Positions 51,557 through 61,779 of a DNA stretch of 64,000 nt are shown here, in pieces (positions within the stretch are counted from its first letter, which is position 1; the number at the start of each line of letters is the position of its first letter). The stretch lies in NCBI GenBank assembly GCA_001773215.1, contig MEWB01000001.1, positions 478,479 through 542,478 of the forward strand, read 5' to 3'. This DNA is from a candidate division WWE3 bacterium RIFOXYC1_FULL_40_10 (GTDB taxonomy: Bacteria; Patescibacteriota; WWE3; UBA101185; UBA10185). The notes beneath the pieces were generated by a model, which was not told the DNA's origin, did not search any database, and was given only the letters and a program-made list of their open reading frames with translations. Position numbers and translations under genes: made by a program.

Positions 51557-52201
51557 TTAAAAGGCTCCTTTACCTGTAATCACTACATAAGGCGTTTTTA
51601 GTATAATCTTTAAATCATACACTAAGGATTTTTTTTCTGCATACTCAGCGTCCAATTTTACTCTGTTAACAAAACCCAACTGCGACCTTCCGCTGACTTG
51701 CCACAGTCCAGTTATTCCAGGTTTCACAGTGAGGGCTTTCTTCATATACTGCTCTTCTTCAGGATGCCTTGCTAATTGCTCATCAATTTCGTAAAAATAA
51801 TATGCTCTGGGGCCAACAATCGACATATTACCTGCCAGGACATTGAAAAATTGCGGAAGCTCATCAATACTATATTTTCTAAAAAGTTTCGCGCCTTTAA
51901 TTAAACGGGGATCCTCGTCGGCTTCAAGCTTATAATTATTTTCCTCGTATTTTTTGTGTAACTCCGGGTAGTTTTTCTTTAGATAGTCGTAGCCATTAGG
52001 AACCATCGATCTAAATTTAAGTAGTTTAAAGGGCTTTTTGTCTTTTCCAACACGGTTTTTTATATCAGCAAACACCGGACCTTCTGGGGAAACAACCTTA
52101 ACCCAAATGGCCGCCCCTAATAAAATAGGAGAAAATAAAACGATGCCCACTATGGCACCAAATATATCTATGATTCTTTTACCAATGTCGTATAGAGACA
52201 T
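51557..52201 (-). CDS. Polyprenyl-phosphate sugar-1-phosphate transferase (Bac_transf / PglC-WbaP C-terminal type), initiating glycosyltransferase
   Basis: 214 aa with N-terminal re-entrant hydrophobic helix, KLLKFRSM, DELPQ and PGITGLWQV motifs. Confidence 0.9.
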   Translation of the reverse strand: MSLYDIGKRIIDIFGAIVGIVLFSPILLGAAIWVKVVSPEGPVFADIKNRVGKDKKPFKLLKFRSMVPNGYDYLKKNYPELHKKYEENNYKLEADEDPRLIKGAKLFRKYSIDELPQFFNVLAGNMSIVGPRAYYFYEIDEQLARHPEEEQYMKKALTVKPGITGLWQVSGRSQLGFVNRVKLDAEYAEKKSLVYDLKIILKTPYVVITGKGAF

Positions 52202-52219
52202 AACGTTTGATAGTGGCTA

Positions 52220-53329
52220 TTAGTATACTACAGATTTAATTTGATTTTCAAAGCTTTCTTGGCTAAATAACCGAGCTCTATCCTTACATCCTTGGGAACT
52301 GAAGTCACTGGGATTAAACCCGCGCAAGACAGTTACCAGAGAATCCTCTGTTTGCTCATCAAAAAAAGTGCCGGTTTCTCCTTCAACTACCGTTTCCAAA
52401 ACCCCACCCTTTCTATAAGCAATAACAGGTTTCCCACAAGCCATTGCCTCAATAGGCACAATGCCAAAGTCCTCAAACTGGGTGACAATTAGCGCCCTGC
52501 ACTTGGAATAATAACCCGCTAACTCTTCATCAGAAACTTTGTCCAAAAATTCAGTATGCTTTTTAGCCAATTTCTTAAGCCGAGCACTATCAGGACCCTT
52601 TCCAACAATTTTAAGATCCAGGTTCAGCCTCTCACACGCCTTAATGGCAATATCCACACGCTTCCAAGACACAAGCCTAGTAACTACCAAAAAGTACTCT
52701 CCCTGCGAACCAGCACTGCTTTCGAATTTAGCTAGATCAACAAAAGGGTAAATAATTCGAGATTCTCGATTATAGTATTTTTTAATTCTATCTTGCGGTG
52801 TTTTGGAATTAGCAATAAGCATATCAATCCTTTGAGCTGCAGCGTAATCCAACATTCGGAGATAATTTAATGGCAAGCTTAAAAAAGGCTTAGCGAGCTT
52901 TCGAATCGGGCTTAAATATCCATAAGATTCACTTTCAAAATAACTGCCCGATTCCCAAAACATTCTGCCCGGAGTGTTCATATAACAGATGTGGCGAGTC
53001 TGCGGCCGGGTTATTATGTGGTGCGCGTAACGGCTGGATATTGAGATGACAAGGTCGAATTTGGAAAAATCAAATGATTCAAAAGCCAGGACATGGAACA
53101 AAAAAGGCGAGTAATATCTATTAAGTTTTTCTATAAAAGGAAACTTTTGGATAAACGAGGTAACAAACTTTATCTTCTTATCTTTTAGTTGCTTTTGCCA
53201 CTTTTTAGAAACAACACTTGTAAAAAGTGGGGCATCGGGAAACATTTTACATATTGCCATAACTAGCCTCTCCTGCCCTCCAAACTGGATTAAGTCATCC
53301 GTAACAATGGCAATTTTTGGGTATAGCAT
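52220..53329 (-). CDS. GT4-family glycosyltransferase
   Basis: GT-B fold and EX7E motif (FEDFGIVPIEAMACGKPVIA). Confidence 0.8.
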   Translation of the reverse strand: MLYPKIAIVTDDLIQFGGQERLVMAICKMFPDAPLFTSVVSKKWQKQLKDKKIKFVTSFIQKFPFIEKLNRYYSPFLFHVLAFESFDFSKFDLVISISSRYAHHIITRPQTRHICYMNTPGRMFWESGSYFESESYGYLSPIRKLAKPFLSLPLNYLRMLDYAAAQRIDMLIANSKTPQDRIKKYYNRESRIIYPFVDLAKFESSAGSQGEYFLVVTRLVSWKRVDIAIKACERLNLDLKIVGKGPDSARLKKLAKKHTEFLDKVSDEELAGYYSKCRALIVTQFEDFGIVPIEAMACGKPVIAYRKGGVLETVVEGETGTFFDEQTEDSLVTVLRGFNPSDFSSQGCKDRARLFSQESFENQIKSVVY

Positions 53330-53393
53330 ATTCTAATAATATCACCACAAAGAAAAGTTCCCCGAATGTAATTCTATCGGGGAACTATACCAA

Positions 53394-53735
53394 TCAAACT
53401 ACGACTTTGAAATGATCATCCAAAGCCTGTCGAACAGAATCTACGGTAAGAGGACAAACCAATAGTACGACCCCTATTTCTGCATGCCTCATTTTTTTAA
53501 GCTTTATGGTTTGCCCCTTGTCCAACTGCCGCTCAGAGATAAGCAAATTGGATCTAAGGTTATAGGAATTTATCAGATATAAGGCATAATCAATGCTCTC
53601 TAGCCTCAATACGGACATGTTTATGCCTTTTTCCCTGAGCTCTTTCACTCTCTCTTCAAGGAAGTTCAGCAAATCCTTATGGGTAAGCTTCTGTTCACCA
53701 TCATAAACAAGTACCAGCATGTGATTTTTTCCCAT
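53394..53735 (-). CDS. Hypothetical small cytoplasmic protein (113 aa), tandem paralog
   Basis: AGGAG RBS overlapping the end of the upstream gene. Pattern MLVLVYDG...SVLRLES...YLINS...ISE similar to 53745..54083. Confidence 0.5.
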   Translation of the reverse strand: MGKNHMLVLVYDGEQKLTHKDLLNFLEERVKELREKGINMSVLRLESIDYALYLINSYNLRSNLLISERQLDKGQTIKLKKMRHAEIGVVLLVCPLTVDSVRQALDDHFKVVV

Positions 53736-53744
53736 GCCTCACTC

Positions 53745-54083
53745 CTATAGCTTTCCATCGACAAAATCCGACGCTAAGTCTCTTATCCATGCAAACTGCA
53801 TCACAATGTTGGGGACAAAAGTCACCTTAGCTCCGGCGCCGGCTAGTTTAGTAGTTATTTCCGTCGATAGGTCTATTTCCGAAACAAACAAAATCCTGCC
53901 GAACTTATCCAAGTTTCCCAATATATAATCGGCTGCTGCGTTTGGATCTAAATATCTAATAAAACTGAGATCCTTGCCAAGAATGTTCGCAGCAAGACGT
54001 AGGGCTTGGAGATTTCTAACCAAATCCGGATCTTCTGCATTTTTTTGGCTATAGAAATACAAAACTATTAGGTACCTTCCCAT
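53745..54083 (-). CDS. Hypothetical small cytoplasmic protein (112 aa), tandem paralog
   Basis: Start set at MGRYLIVLYFY (AGGAGG RBS). The ORF-track N-terminal extension overlaps the divergent GT and was rejected. Confidence 0.5.
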   Translation of the reverse strand: MGRYLIVLYFYSQKNAEDPDLVRNLQALRLAANILGKDLSFIRYLDPNAAADYILGNLDKFGRILFVSEIDLSTEITTKLAGAGAKVTFVPNIVMQFAWIRDLASDFVDGKL

Positions 54084-54174
54084 TTGAGGCTCCTCCTTAA
54101 CGGTTTTTAGCTGGATTATGGGTATAGTACTCCAAAACTTGCTATAATTCAAAAATGAAAAGGGGTTTTCAAAT

Positions 54175-55323
54175 ATGAAGATAGGGTTAAACGGCCAGTT
54201 GCTATCCAACCCAAACCCGGCGGGGCCAGAAGTATTTGCATCCAGACTATATAAAACAATGGTTAGCACCGATAGCCAAAACGATTACGTTCTCTATCTT
54301 GAAGATAAAGCAAAAACTGAACTTATAGACCAGGTAATAAGATCTAACCCAAAGCTTGAAGTAGTAATACTAAGAAAAGTACTTTCGTGGACACAAATTA
54401 GTTTGGCTATAGAACTCATAAGAAACCCGGTAGATGTATTTTTTACCCCCATCCATACAATTCCCGGACTAACTTCAATTGTCACTCTCGGAAAATTCAG
54501 GCCTGTAACAATGATTCATGGACTGGAGTACAAGGTAAACAAAGAATATGAAAACAAGCACATCAAAAAATTGCTACATCCCCTGATACTTTTTTGGACT
54601 ACTCAGGTATCTAGAAAAATAGTTGTCCCTTCTCAGGCAACAAGAGATGCGCTAATAAGAGATAAGTTCTTAAACGTAAAGCCTGACAAAATTTCAGTGA
54701 TTCCCGAAGGTGTCGACAAAGGTTTTTTTAGTAAAGATGAAACCGAAGTTGCCAAAATTACTTCTAAGTACGGCTTAGTTCCGGGTAAGTACCTTTTTTT
54801 CATTTCAACTATTCAACCTAGAAAAAACATCCCTAATACAATTAAGGCTTTTTCTGACGCCTTAAAAGAAACAGGCTTAATAGATCATAAACTTGTCCTT
54901 GCCGGTAAATTCGGCTGGGATTATCAAGGAATCTTGGAAGAACCGAAAAAACAAAATATCGAGGCGAACGTTAAATTTTTAGGTTGGACACCTGACGAGG
55001 ATATCAAAGCACTCTTGTGGGGTAGCAAGGGATTTGTAAATTTTTCTTTAGAGGAAGGTTTCGGACTACCTTTACTCGAGGCACTTGCGTCGGGCATTCC
55101 CTGTGCGGTATCCGACATTCAAGCCTATAAGGATTTGGGGAAGAACTTCCCAATCTATGCAAATCCCACTAGTATTAATGAAATGAAGGAAGCTTTGAGT
55201 AAATTACTGACCTCAACGAATTACATTGGTACGGAACAAGTAAAGTACGCCGGCAATTATAATTGGGAGAACACTGCTACAAAGCTACTTCAAGTTCTCC
55301 AAAATGTTGTTAAGCACTCTTAG
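54175..55323 (+). CDS. GT4-family glycosyltransferase
   Basis: EEGFGLPLLEALASGIPCAVSD (EX7E). Confidence 0.8.
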   Translation: MKIGLNGQLLSNPNPAGPEVFASRLYKTMVSTDSQNDYVLYLEDKAKTELIDQVIRSNPKLEVVILRKVLSWTQISLAIELIRNPVDVFFTPIHTIPGLTSIVTLGKFRPVTMIHGLEYKVNKEYENKHIKKLLHPLILFWTTQVSRKIVVPSQATRDALIRDKFLNVKPDKISVIPEGVDKGFFSKDETEVAKITSKYGLVPGKYLFFISTIQPRKNIPNTIKAFSDALKETGLIDHKLVLAGKFGWDYQGILEEPKKQNIEANVKFLGWTPDEDIKALLWGSKGFVNFSLEEGFGLPLLEALASGIPCAVSDIQAYKDLGKNFPIYANPTSINEMKEALSKLLTSTNYIGTEQVKYAGNYNWENTATKLLQVLQNVVKHS

Positions 55324-56418
55324 AGTAATTTCTCCGGTAGTTTTCCAATCATATAGCTTTTGCAATTCATACCCTTTTCCAATCAACTCCTTCATTTTTT
55401 CGGCGTTGTGCAAAGTCCCAGCTATTTTTTGAGCAATATCTTCGGGATTTAAAGGGTCAAAATACTCAACCGAATCCCCATACACCTCTTTATGCACCGG
55501 AATATCCGAAATAACACAGGGCAAACCTACAGCCTGAGCTTCCAGGGGTGTTAAACTGAAGCCTTCTTTTAATGATGGAAACACACAAAGCTCAGCCTTT
55601 CTTCTCAATCCTACAACTTCGCAGTCTGATACGGGCCTTTTGTTCCCCGGTATTAAGACAAACTCGGTCAAACCTTTTTTAGCTATAAAGTTGCTGACAT
55701 CAGAGGAGAATTTGTCTTTTTTTCCTATCAACACAAGTTTCCCCGAGTAGTTGTACTTGCTTCGCAATAGTTCAAAAGCGGCAATAAGCCGGTATATATT
55801 TTTGTGCTCGTACATGCTCCCGACATGCAAAATAAAATTTCCCCTAATCCCCAAGTCGGAATCCGTTTCCTCAATGCAAGAAGGGTCTAAGCCTTCGTAC
55901 GCAACCACATACTTATCCGTTTCGAATAGTTTTAAAAATTCTTGTCTAACCGATTGCGATGGAACTATTACCTTTTCCGATCTATTAACTGCAATCGAAA
56001 ACACGATTTTATATATTACTTTTTTAAACCAAAAATAGGGCTTGGGAAGTGTGGTGCCCTTTTGTGTACTAAATGTATGCATGATCAAATCCGGAATAGC
56101 TGTTACGATTTTTTGCGGATATAAAACCGGAATATTAAAGTGGGGAACATACAATAAGTCTGCCTTAAGCTTCAGCATCAACAATAGAAGCTTTGTCTGC
56201 TCGGCCCAACTGTACCAGGGGATATCGGCAAGAACTTTTGTAAAGTGCAAATTTGCAGGTGTATACAGATCCCAATTCTTTTTCTTGAGGAGCACATAGT
56301 ACTCATTATAATTATCCAGCTTCTCAAGTGCCGATAACACGTTCTTGGTATATCTTCCCGGTCCTGCTTCTCCAAAAAATCGGGCATCAAAAATTATTTT
56401 GTTTTTTCGCATACACAT
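55285..56418 (-). CDS. GT4-family glycosyltransferase
   Basis: KEGFSLTPLEAQAVGLPCVISD (EX7E). Confidence 0.8.
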   Translation of the reverse strand: MCMRKNKIIFDARFFGEAGPGRYTKNVLSALEKLDNYNEYYVLLKKKNWDLYTPANLHFTKVLADIPWYSWAEQTKLLLLMLKLKADLLYVPHFNIPVLYPQKIVTAIPDLIMHTFSTQKGTTLPKPYFWFKKVIYKIVFSIAVNRSEKVIVPSQSVRQEFLKLFETDKYVVAYEGLDPSCIEETDSDLGIRGNFILHVGSMYEHKNIYRLIAAFELLRSKYNYSGKLVLIGKKDKFSSDVSNFIAKKGLTEFVLIPGNKRPVSDCEVVGLRRKAELCVFPSLKEGFSLTPLEAQAVGLPCVISDIPVHKEVYGDSVEYFDPLNPEDIAQKIAGTLHNAEKMKELIGKGYELQKLYDWKTTGEITLRVLNNILENLK

Positions 56419-56452
56419 AGTATATCAGGCTCTACATGATAAACTTACATCA

Positions 56453-57685
56453 GTGCTCAATTTACTTAGTGCAATACAAAAACGCCCTTCTCTCAAAAAC
56501 GCTATTTTTGTTAGCGGAGGGAATATCTTCAATTCAGTTCTGGGGTTTATATACCTTACTGCGATCGCCCGAGCTTTAACTCTCAACGACTTTGGAAAGT
56601 ACTCACTCTTAATAAGCCTCCTTATGCTCGCTGCAAAGGGAAGTGATTTTGGAACAAATAATATATATGTCACGAAGTCTATTACACAGGATTCAAAAGA
56701 CATCCTCGGCACTTTTATAAGTTCCAAGCTACTTCTAACTCTTATAGTAATATTAGCAACCCCATTTGTTATGAAACTAACTAACATATGGGATATAAAA
56801 TTGTTTCTGGTTTTTACACTCGCCTTCTTAGCTTATGTGGTGAGTTTTCTTTTGCAGGCTTTGTTCCAAAAAGAGGAACGATTTTTTTCCTACTTACTTA
56901 CTAACTTAATTCCCGCTTTAATAAAAGGTGTTTTCTCCGCTGTATTTTTACTCGGATTTGTTGTCCCAAATCTCCAGCTGGCATTTGCGATTTTCGGGTT
57001 ATCGATTATGCCGGTTATGCTTATGGTTCCCTTTTCGGGGCTTGTAAAAAACTTTAGAATCAGATCAAAAGGCGTAGCGGAGTATCTAAAAGAAGCCGTC
57101 CCGGCCGGATTATCACAAATAATTCTCGAGGGCTGGCCGGCAATAAACAACTCTCTTACCAGTTTGGCTTCCAATTTTTCTAATGTGGGAGTGTTTAGCC
57201 TTGCAAATAAAATCAGTAATATTTTCGGCATTATTGCCCATTCCTTGTTTACTGTTCTACTGCCAAAAAATGCCATTCTAAAAAAGGCAAGCAAGTCTTA
57301 CGATCTTACTGAGATGAAAATTATTTCTGTGGGCATACTTATTCTGGCGGGAATTGCTACGGTAGTATCTCAAATTTTTATAAAAGTGTTTTTTGGAACT
57401 AAATTTGCAGGGTCGATTACAATCTTACATATTTTAATTTTCTCAAGCGCCATCTCCGCTATCCACGTTTTTATGGAGAGTTACTTTTATGCCGCTCAAA
57501 AGATAATACTAGTGGCAAAAATAAACTTGGTAAAACTTGCAACTTTTGTACTTCTTGCCATCCCGGCAACCTTTCAGTACTCCATCACCGGTCTTGCCAT
57601 AACTAACCTGATCTGCAGCTCGCTTTTTCTAATAGTTCTACTAAGCTACTACATCAAACTCAACTTCCATATCTCGAAAGCTTAG
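56453..57685 (+). CDS. Wzx-type polysaccharide flippase (MOP superfamily)
   Basis: ~12 TM helices with a typical N-terminal region (KNAIFVSGGNIFNSVLGFIYLTAIARALTLNDFGKY). Start uncertain: the ORF track gives 56345, and the in-frame GTG at 56453 avoids overlap with the divergent GT. Confidence 0.7.
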   Translation: MLNLLSAIQKRPSLKNAIFVSGGNIFNSVLGFIYLTAIARALTLNDFGKYSLLISLLMLAAKGSDFGTNNIYVTKSITQDSKDILGTFISSKLLLTLIVILATPFVMKLTNIWDIKLFLVFTLAFLAYVVSFLLQALFQKEERFFSYLLTNLIPALIKGVFSAVFLLGFVVPNLQLAFAIFGLSIMPVMLMVPFSGLVKNFRIRSKGVAEYLKEAVPAGLSQIILEGWPAINNSLTSLASNFSNVGVFSLANKISNIFGIIAHSLFTVLLPKNAILKKASKSYDLTEMKIISVGILILAGIATVVSQIFIKVFFGTKFAGSITILHILIFSSAISAIHVFMESYFYAAQKIILVAKINLVKLATFVLLAIPATFQYSITGLAITNLICSSLFLIVLLSYYIKLNFHISKA

Positions 57686-60657
57686 TTCCTACTTTCGGTT
57701 ATCCTCAAATCTATCTCGAATAACTCCTTGGCAACATCCTGGTATTGCTGGAAATAGGACTTGTCTCCGGATAATACCAGCTCCTGGAGACGTGCCTGCT
57801 CTTTTCTGAGATAGCTCGCCCTATCTTTATCTTGTTCGTAAGGGGATTCAAAATACCATAATACCCAATCCCCATCCTCTTGCACTACCACAGGCTCGTA
57901 TGTAAACCCCGAAACTTTTTGGCCGAATCTGCCCTTTTTTGTTAGTAGAACAGTTCTCTCTTTGTACGTAGGAAAGGGCAGCTGGCCATCCCTATCAGGG
58001 TTAAAATCCAGAATCTCATAAGGGCCTTCGTTGTAGAAAAGTACCAAGGGCAATTCGATTCTATCGGCAAATAATTTTTGATCAACACCGAATTTTTGAT
58101 TTTTTAGCTGCATAAGCCTGGATTGAGATCCCGTTAAATCAGATGTGTAAGCAAGTTCTCTAATGCTAAATAAATAAAACAACGACACGCATAAGACACC
58201 AAACATAAATAGAGATTTAGCCACAAAATAGTGCTTTTTAATCACCAAGGAGTAAATGAAATTAAAAAACTCAGATAGAAAAAGGGCAGCAATGATTGAA
58301 GTGGCAGGGTACATGGGTATTACATACCAAGCAAGTTTCGACTTTGCCAGCGAAAAAAGGCTGAAAACCAGCACAAACCACACTACAAGCAAAAGATGTT
58401 TAGCAGATTTCTTCCATAGCTCTCGCGCGAAAATGACGAGACCGGGTAAAAAGGCGAGGAACCACAAGCGCATACTAACTTTCATCACAATTAGATACCA
58501 CCAAAACGGCCTGCCCTTATCTTCAATGGCAGCTGTTGCTCTATCCCAAACGTGGTAACCGAAATAGTTACCGAGGAATGCAACTCCATACTTGTTGAAC
58601 ATCACCCAATGCCACGGCAAAGAAATAAGCAAGATTCCGACTAACATAACGATCCAACTCAATAAAACTCTTTTCACATGGAACGACTTGTTATACAGGG
58701 CAGTGACTAATTCAAAGATGGCAAGTACTCCCAATGGGAACAAGCCTACAACACCTTTGACCATCGCCGACGTACCGATAAGCATACCAATAATTAGGAA
58801 TCTGATAATCGATCTACTTTTGACCTCGTACGCCAGGTAATAGGCATAAATGCTCGCCAATATAAAAAATGTGGATGTAACGTCAAGCATTGACGCTCGC
58901 GAGTAATACAAAAAATGGATGTTGGTAAGCAGTGCTAATCCCGATAAAAAACCCACGGTTTTGCCGAATAATTTTTTCCCAAAAAGATAAGTAATATATA
59001 CCGTTCCAAGCCCGAAGAGTGCACTCGGCAACCGTGCCATCAAAGATGTAAAGCCGCCTATATTCATAAATAAAGCCATCAACCACATATACAAAGGGGG
59101 CTTTTCATACCAAACAATGCCTTCTTTCCACGTTTGAGAGATATAATCCCCTGAGATCACCATATTTTTCGCTATTTTGGCATATATAGCCTCATCCCAA
59201 GGGATTAGATGATTTGTACCTAATCCTACAAAAATCAAAACCAGGCCAAGAATGCCTATCAACAAAGCATAAAATTTCTTGGATGTTACAAAAAACCTCA
59301 GAATATCCATATATGAATAGTTTCGAGCCACTATGTTTAATCCATACAAATAATAAAGTATTAGAATAATCCAAAAAAACTCTGCGTTATATGAATAAAA
59401 TACGCCGGCAATTAGCCATCCCATTAGGGTAGCCAACATCGCCGTAACTGTAAGCAATTCTTGGCGAGTACTGGCTTTAGAAACTGCAAAAATTAGAACT
59501 CCTATAAGTACACCGGTTAATCCGATAAAAGCTATTAAACCTAACGATCCGGTCTCTGCCATAAGCTCTCCCCAAATAGTGTGAGCCGGAACTCGGGTAT
59601 TTAACGCCGCAGGATCTCTCCCAAAAAAAGTGGGGGCTATTGAGGTAGTACTAAAGTGCTCGAAAAAAGATCCATACCCCCCACCTATAATAGGATACTT
59701 TTCGAATACCTGATAAGTACCGGTTAATAGCATGATGTGAGAAGCAAATGAATCGAGCCGGTAATGAAAGAACTGCTTTATTTCCGCTCTAAAAGGGCTT
59801 GATTTAATATTGTATTCTCTTACTAACGGAACACAGATCAGGATCAAACAAATAATAACACCCAATATACTTCTAAATCCGAATTTGCGAACTAGCAAGA
59901 TACATATAAACCCAAGCAAGGATACGAAGGCCATTATCCAAGCCGTTCGAGAACTTGTTAAAAACAGCGAAGCCGTCATAGATATTATCATTGCTACTCG
60001 CAACAGTGCTTCTTTGAAATTTTTAGAGTACAAGAGCTTCACGCCGAGTATCGGCAAAAACGCCGCTAACAAAGCAGCATAGTGATTAACATCCCAAAAA
60101 GTGGTACCTACCCTTGGTAGGTTGTTGGGCACATTCCACAAAGCTCCAACAATAATCCCGGTTTTAAAATACAACAGCATTTGGAAAAAGCCCAAAACCG
60201 AAAGAACAAAAGCGCAATAGGTGAAAAAATCTATGATTTTGTTTATACCGAGTTGATTGTTTTTGAAGTATACAAACAAGTAGAAACACAAAAACACTAC
60301 AGTAACAAAAAAAGAGTACAGAAAGATACTGGCCGCGAGATTTTTTGAATTGATGATTGAAATTCCTCTAATTAACGCTAAAACAACCAAAAATATCAAA
60401 AAGGGATCTTTAAAATAGGCTTTTATATTTCTTAACCTGTTCTGTCTAAATTCCTGATATAAAAACCACACACTCATCAACAGATACGAAAACATTAGTA
60501 TCCTTACAGGCAGTAGGTCCCACTTATAAATACTAAATACTTCCTTGTGGAGTAACAAAGAGCAAAATACCAAAAAATAAAAGGACGTCCTGATATCCCT
60601 TTTTATTAAAATTAGGCAAAGTATTAAAAAAAGTACGGCTAGAATAATTTCGATCAT
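57682..60657 (-). CDS. Fusion membrane protein: N-terminal O-antigen ligase/polymerase-like (Wzy_C) domain + GT-C family 39/83 (ArnT/PMT-like) glycosyltransferase domain
   Basis: 991 aa with more than 20 TM helices. The central WDEAIYAKIAKNM...YEKPPLYMWLMALF matches the GT39/ArnT first-loop DE motif and PMT pattern. The N-terminal half has the Wzy_C-like topology with a large loop. Confidence 0.65.
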   Translation of the reverse strand: MIEIILAVLFLILCLILIKRDIRTSFYFLVFCSLLLHKEVFSIYKWDLLPVRILMFSYLLMSVWFLYQEFRQNRLRNIKAYFKDPFLIFLVVLALIRGISIINSKNLAASIFLYSFFVTVVFLCFYLFVYFKNNQLGINKIIDFFTYCAFVLSVLGFFQMLLYFKTGIIVGALWNVPNNLPRVGTTFWDVNHYAALLAAFLPILGVKLLYSKNFKEALLRVAMIISMTASLFLTSSRTAWIMAFVSLLGFICILLVRKFGFRSILGVIICLILICVPLVREYNIKSSPFRAEIKQFFHYRLDSFASHIMLLTGTYQVFEKYPIIGGGYGSFFEHFSTTSIAPTFFGRDPAALNTRVPAHTIWGELMAETGSLGLIAFIGLTGVLIGVLIFAVSKASTRQELLTVTAMLATLMGWLIAGVFYSYNAEFFWIILILYYLYGLNIVARNYSYMDILRFFVTSKKFYALLIGILGLVLIFVGLGTNHLIPWDEAIYAKIAKNMVISGDYISQTWKEGIVWYEKPPLYMWLMALFMNIGGFTSLMARLPSALFGLGTVYITYLFGKKLFGKTVGFLSGLALLTNIHFLYYSRASMLDVTSTFFILASIYAYYLAYEVKSRSIIRFLIIGMLIGTSAMVKGVVGLFPLGVLAIFELVTALYNKSFHVKRVLLSWIVMLVGILLISLPWHWVMFNKYGVAFLGNYFGYHVWDRATAAIEDKGRPFWWYLIVMKVSMRLWFLAFLPGLVIFARELWKKSAKHLLLVVWFVLVFSLFSLAKSKLAWYVIPMYPATSIIAALFLSEFFNFIYSLVIKKHYFVAKSLFMFGVLCVSLFYLFSIRELAYTSDLTGSQSRLMQLKNQKFGVDQKLFADRIELPLVLFYNEGPYEILDFNPDRDGQLPFPTYKERTVLLTKKGRFGQKVSGFTYEPVVVQEDGDWVLWYFESPYEQDKDRASYLRKEQARLQELVLSGDKSYFQQYQDVAKELFEIDLRITESRN

Positions 60658-61778
60658 TTTAATAGCTTCCTATACTCTTCGGCCGTTTTTTTAGCGGCAT
60701 TTTCCCAGGTATATTCCTTCCTAACTGAGTCATCTATTTTAGGCCGGGGCGCAAAAAGCTCCTTCTTTATGGCCTCCTTTATAGATTCTACATCATTAGG
60801 ATCACAGTAGCTTGCATACCCCCCAAGGTATTCTTTTGCCCGTTCGCCTGACGCTACGGCGTTAGTGCCACAAAACAAGGCTTCCAGCGAAGTTAACCCG
60901 GTGGTTTCGAACCAACTCGCCGAAACCGCGACTTTTGCATAGTGAAAATATGAAGGCATTTCTGAGTTAGGTATCCATTTGATAACTTTAATCCAATCAA
61001 ATTTGGACACTAAACTGGAAAACTTAGCGTTATACTCAAAGTGCTTAATATTGTTGGATGCACCTACGAACACTAGTCTTAAGTCTTTGGCCAGTTCTTT
61101 TCTCAGTTTGGCTACCGCTTCAATCACATTGAGTTGATTCTTTCTTGGTTCTATCCTTCCTACACAAATGATATAGTCGGAAAAACCAAGTTTATTTTCG
61201 GGAACCATAATTGACAAAAAGTGATGTGAAACTCCATTTGGAATTTTCGCCCAATCCATATCCACTCCAAAGCCCTTTAGCAGGTCTGCCGCCTCTAATT
61301 CGGTTTGTACCAACACTTTGTCGACACTTCTGAGAGATTTTTCCTGCATTCTCTTGAAACCATAGAAAATACTAAATACTGTTTGCCTAAAAAGATTAAA
61401 GTCTCCTATAGATCTATAAACATTTTTGAAAACATCACGGTTGTACTGATTTTTAAATAGTACTTTGGAAATCCGTCTAAAATCAAACGCGTAAACGTCG
61501 TCAAACTTTGTGACTTCATCAATATTGTGATGTATAGGAGATAAAATAATGGGTTTACCTGATGGCTTAATTTTCTTGATATAGAAATAATGATCTGTTA
61601 CCCAATCGAGTTGGAAAATGTGGAATAAATCATAATCATTAACATCAAAATTTGTATCAACTTTTATATCGACGCTAATTCCCAACTTCTTAAGCTCGTT
61701 TGCGGTACTTTCCATCTGTAGCCTGTCTCCACCGTAGGCTTTAAACAACCCGCTTCTACCAAGCATGAGGACTTTCAT
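60654..61778 (-). CDS. GT4-like glycosyltransferase
   Basis: GT-B C-terminal domain with FETTGLTSLEALFCGTNAVAS (EX7E). Confidence 0.65.
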   Translation of the reverse strand: MKVLMLGRSGLFKAYGGDRLQMESTANELKKLGISVDIKVDTNFDVNDYDLFHIFQLDWVTDHYFYIKKIKPSGKPIILSPIHHNIDEVTKFDDVYAFDFRRISKVLFKNQYNRDVFKNVYRSIGDFNLFRQTVFSIFYGFKRMQEKSLRSVDKVLVQTELEAADLLKGFGVDMDWAKIPNGVSHHFLSIMVPENKLGFSDYIICVGRIEPRKNQLNVIEAVAKLRKELAKDLRLVFVGASNNIKHFEYNAKFSSLVSKFDWIKVIKWIPNSEMPSYFHYAKVAVSASWFETTGLTSLEALFCGTNAVASGERAKEYLGGYASYCDPNDVESIKEAIKKELFAPRPKIDDSVRKEYTWENAAKKTAEEYRKLLK

Positions 61779-61779
61779 A

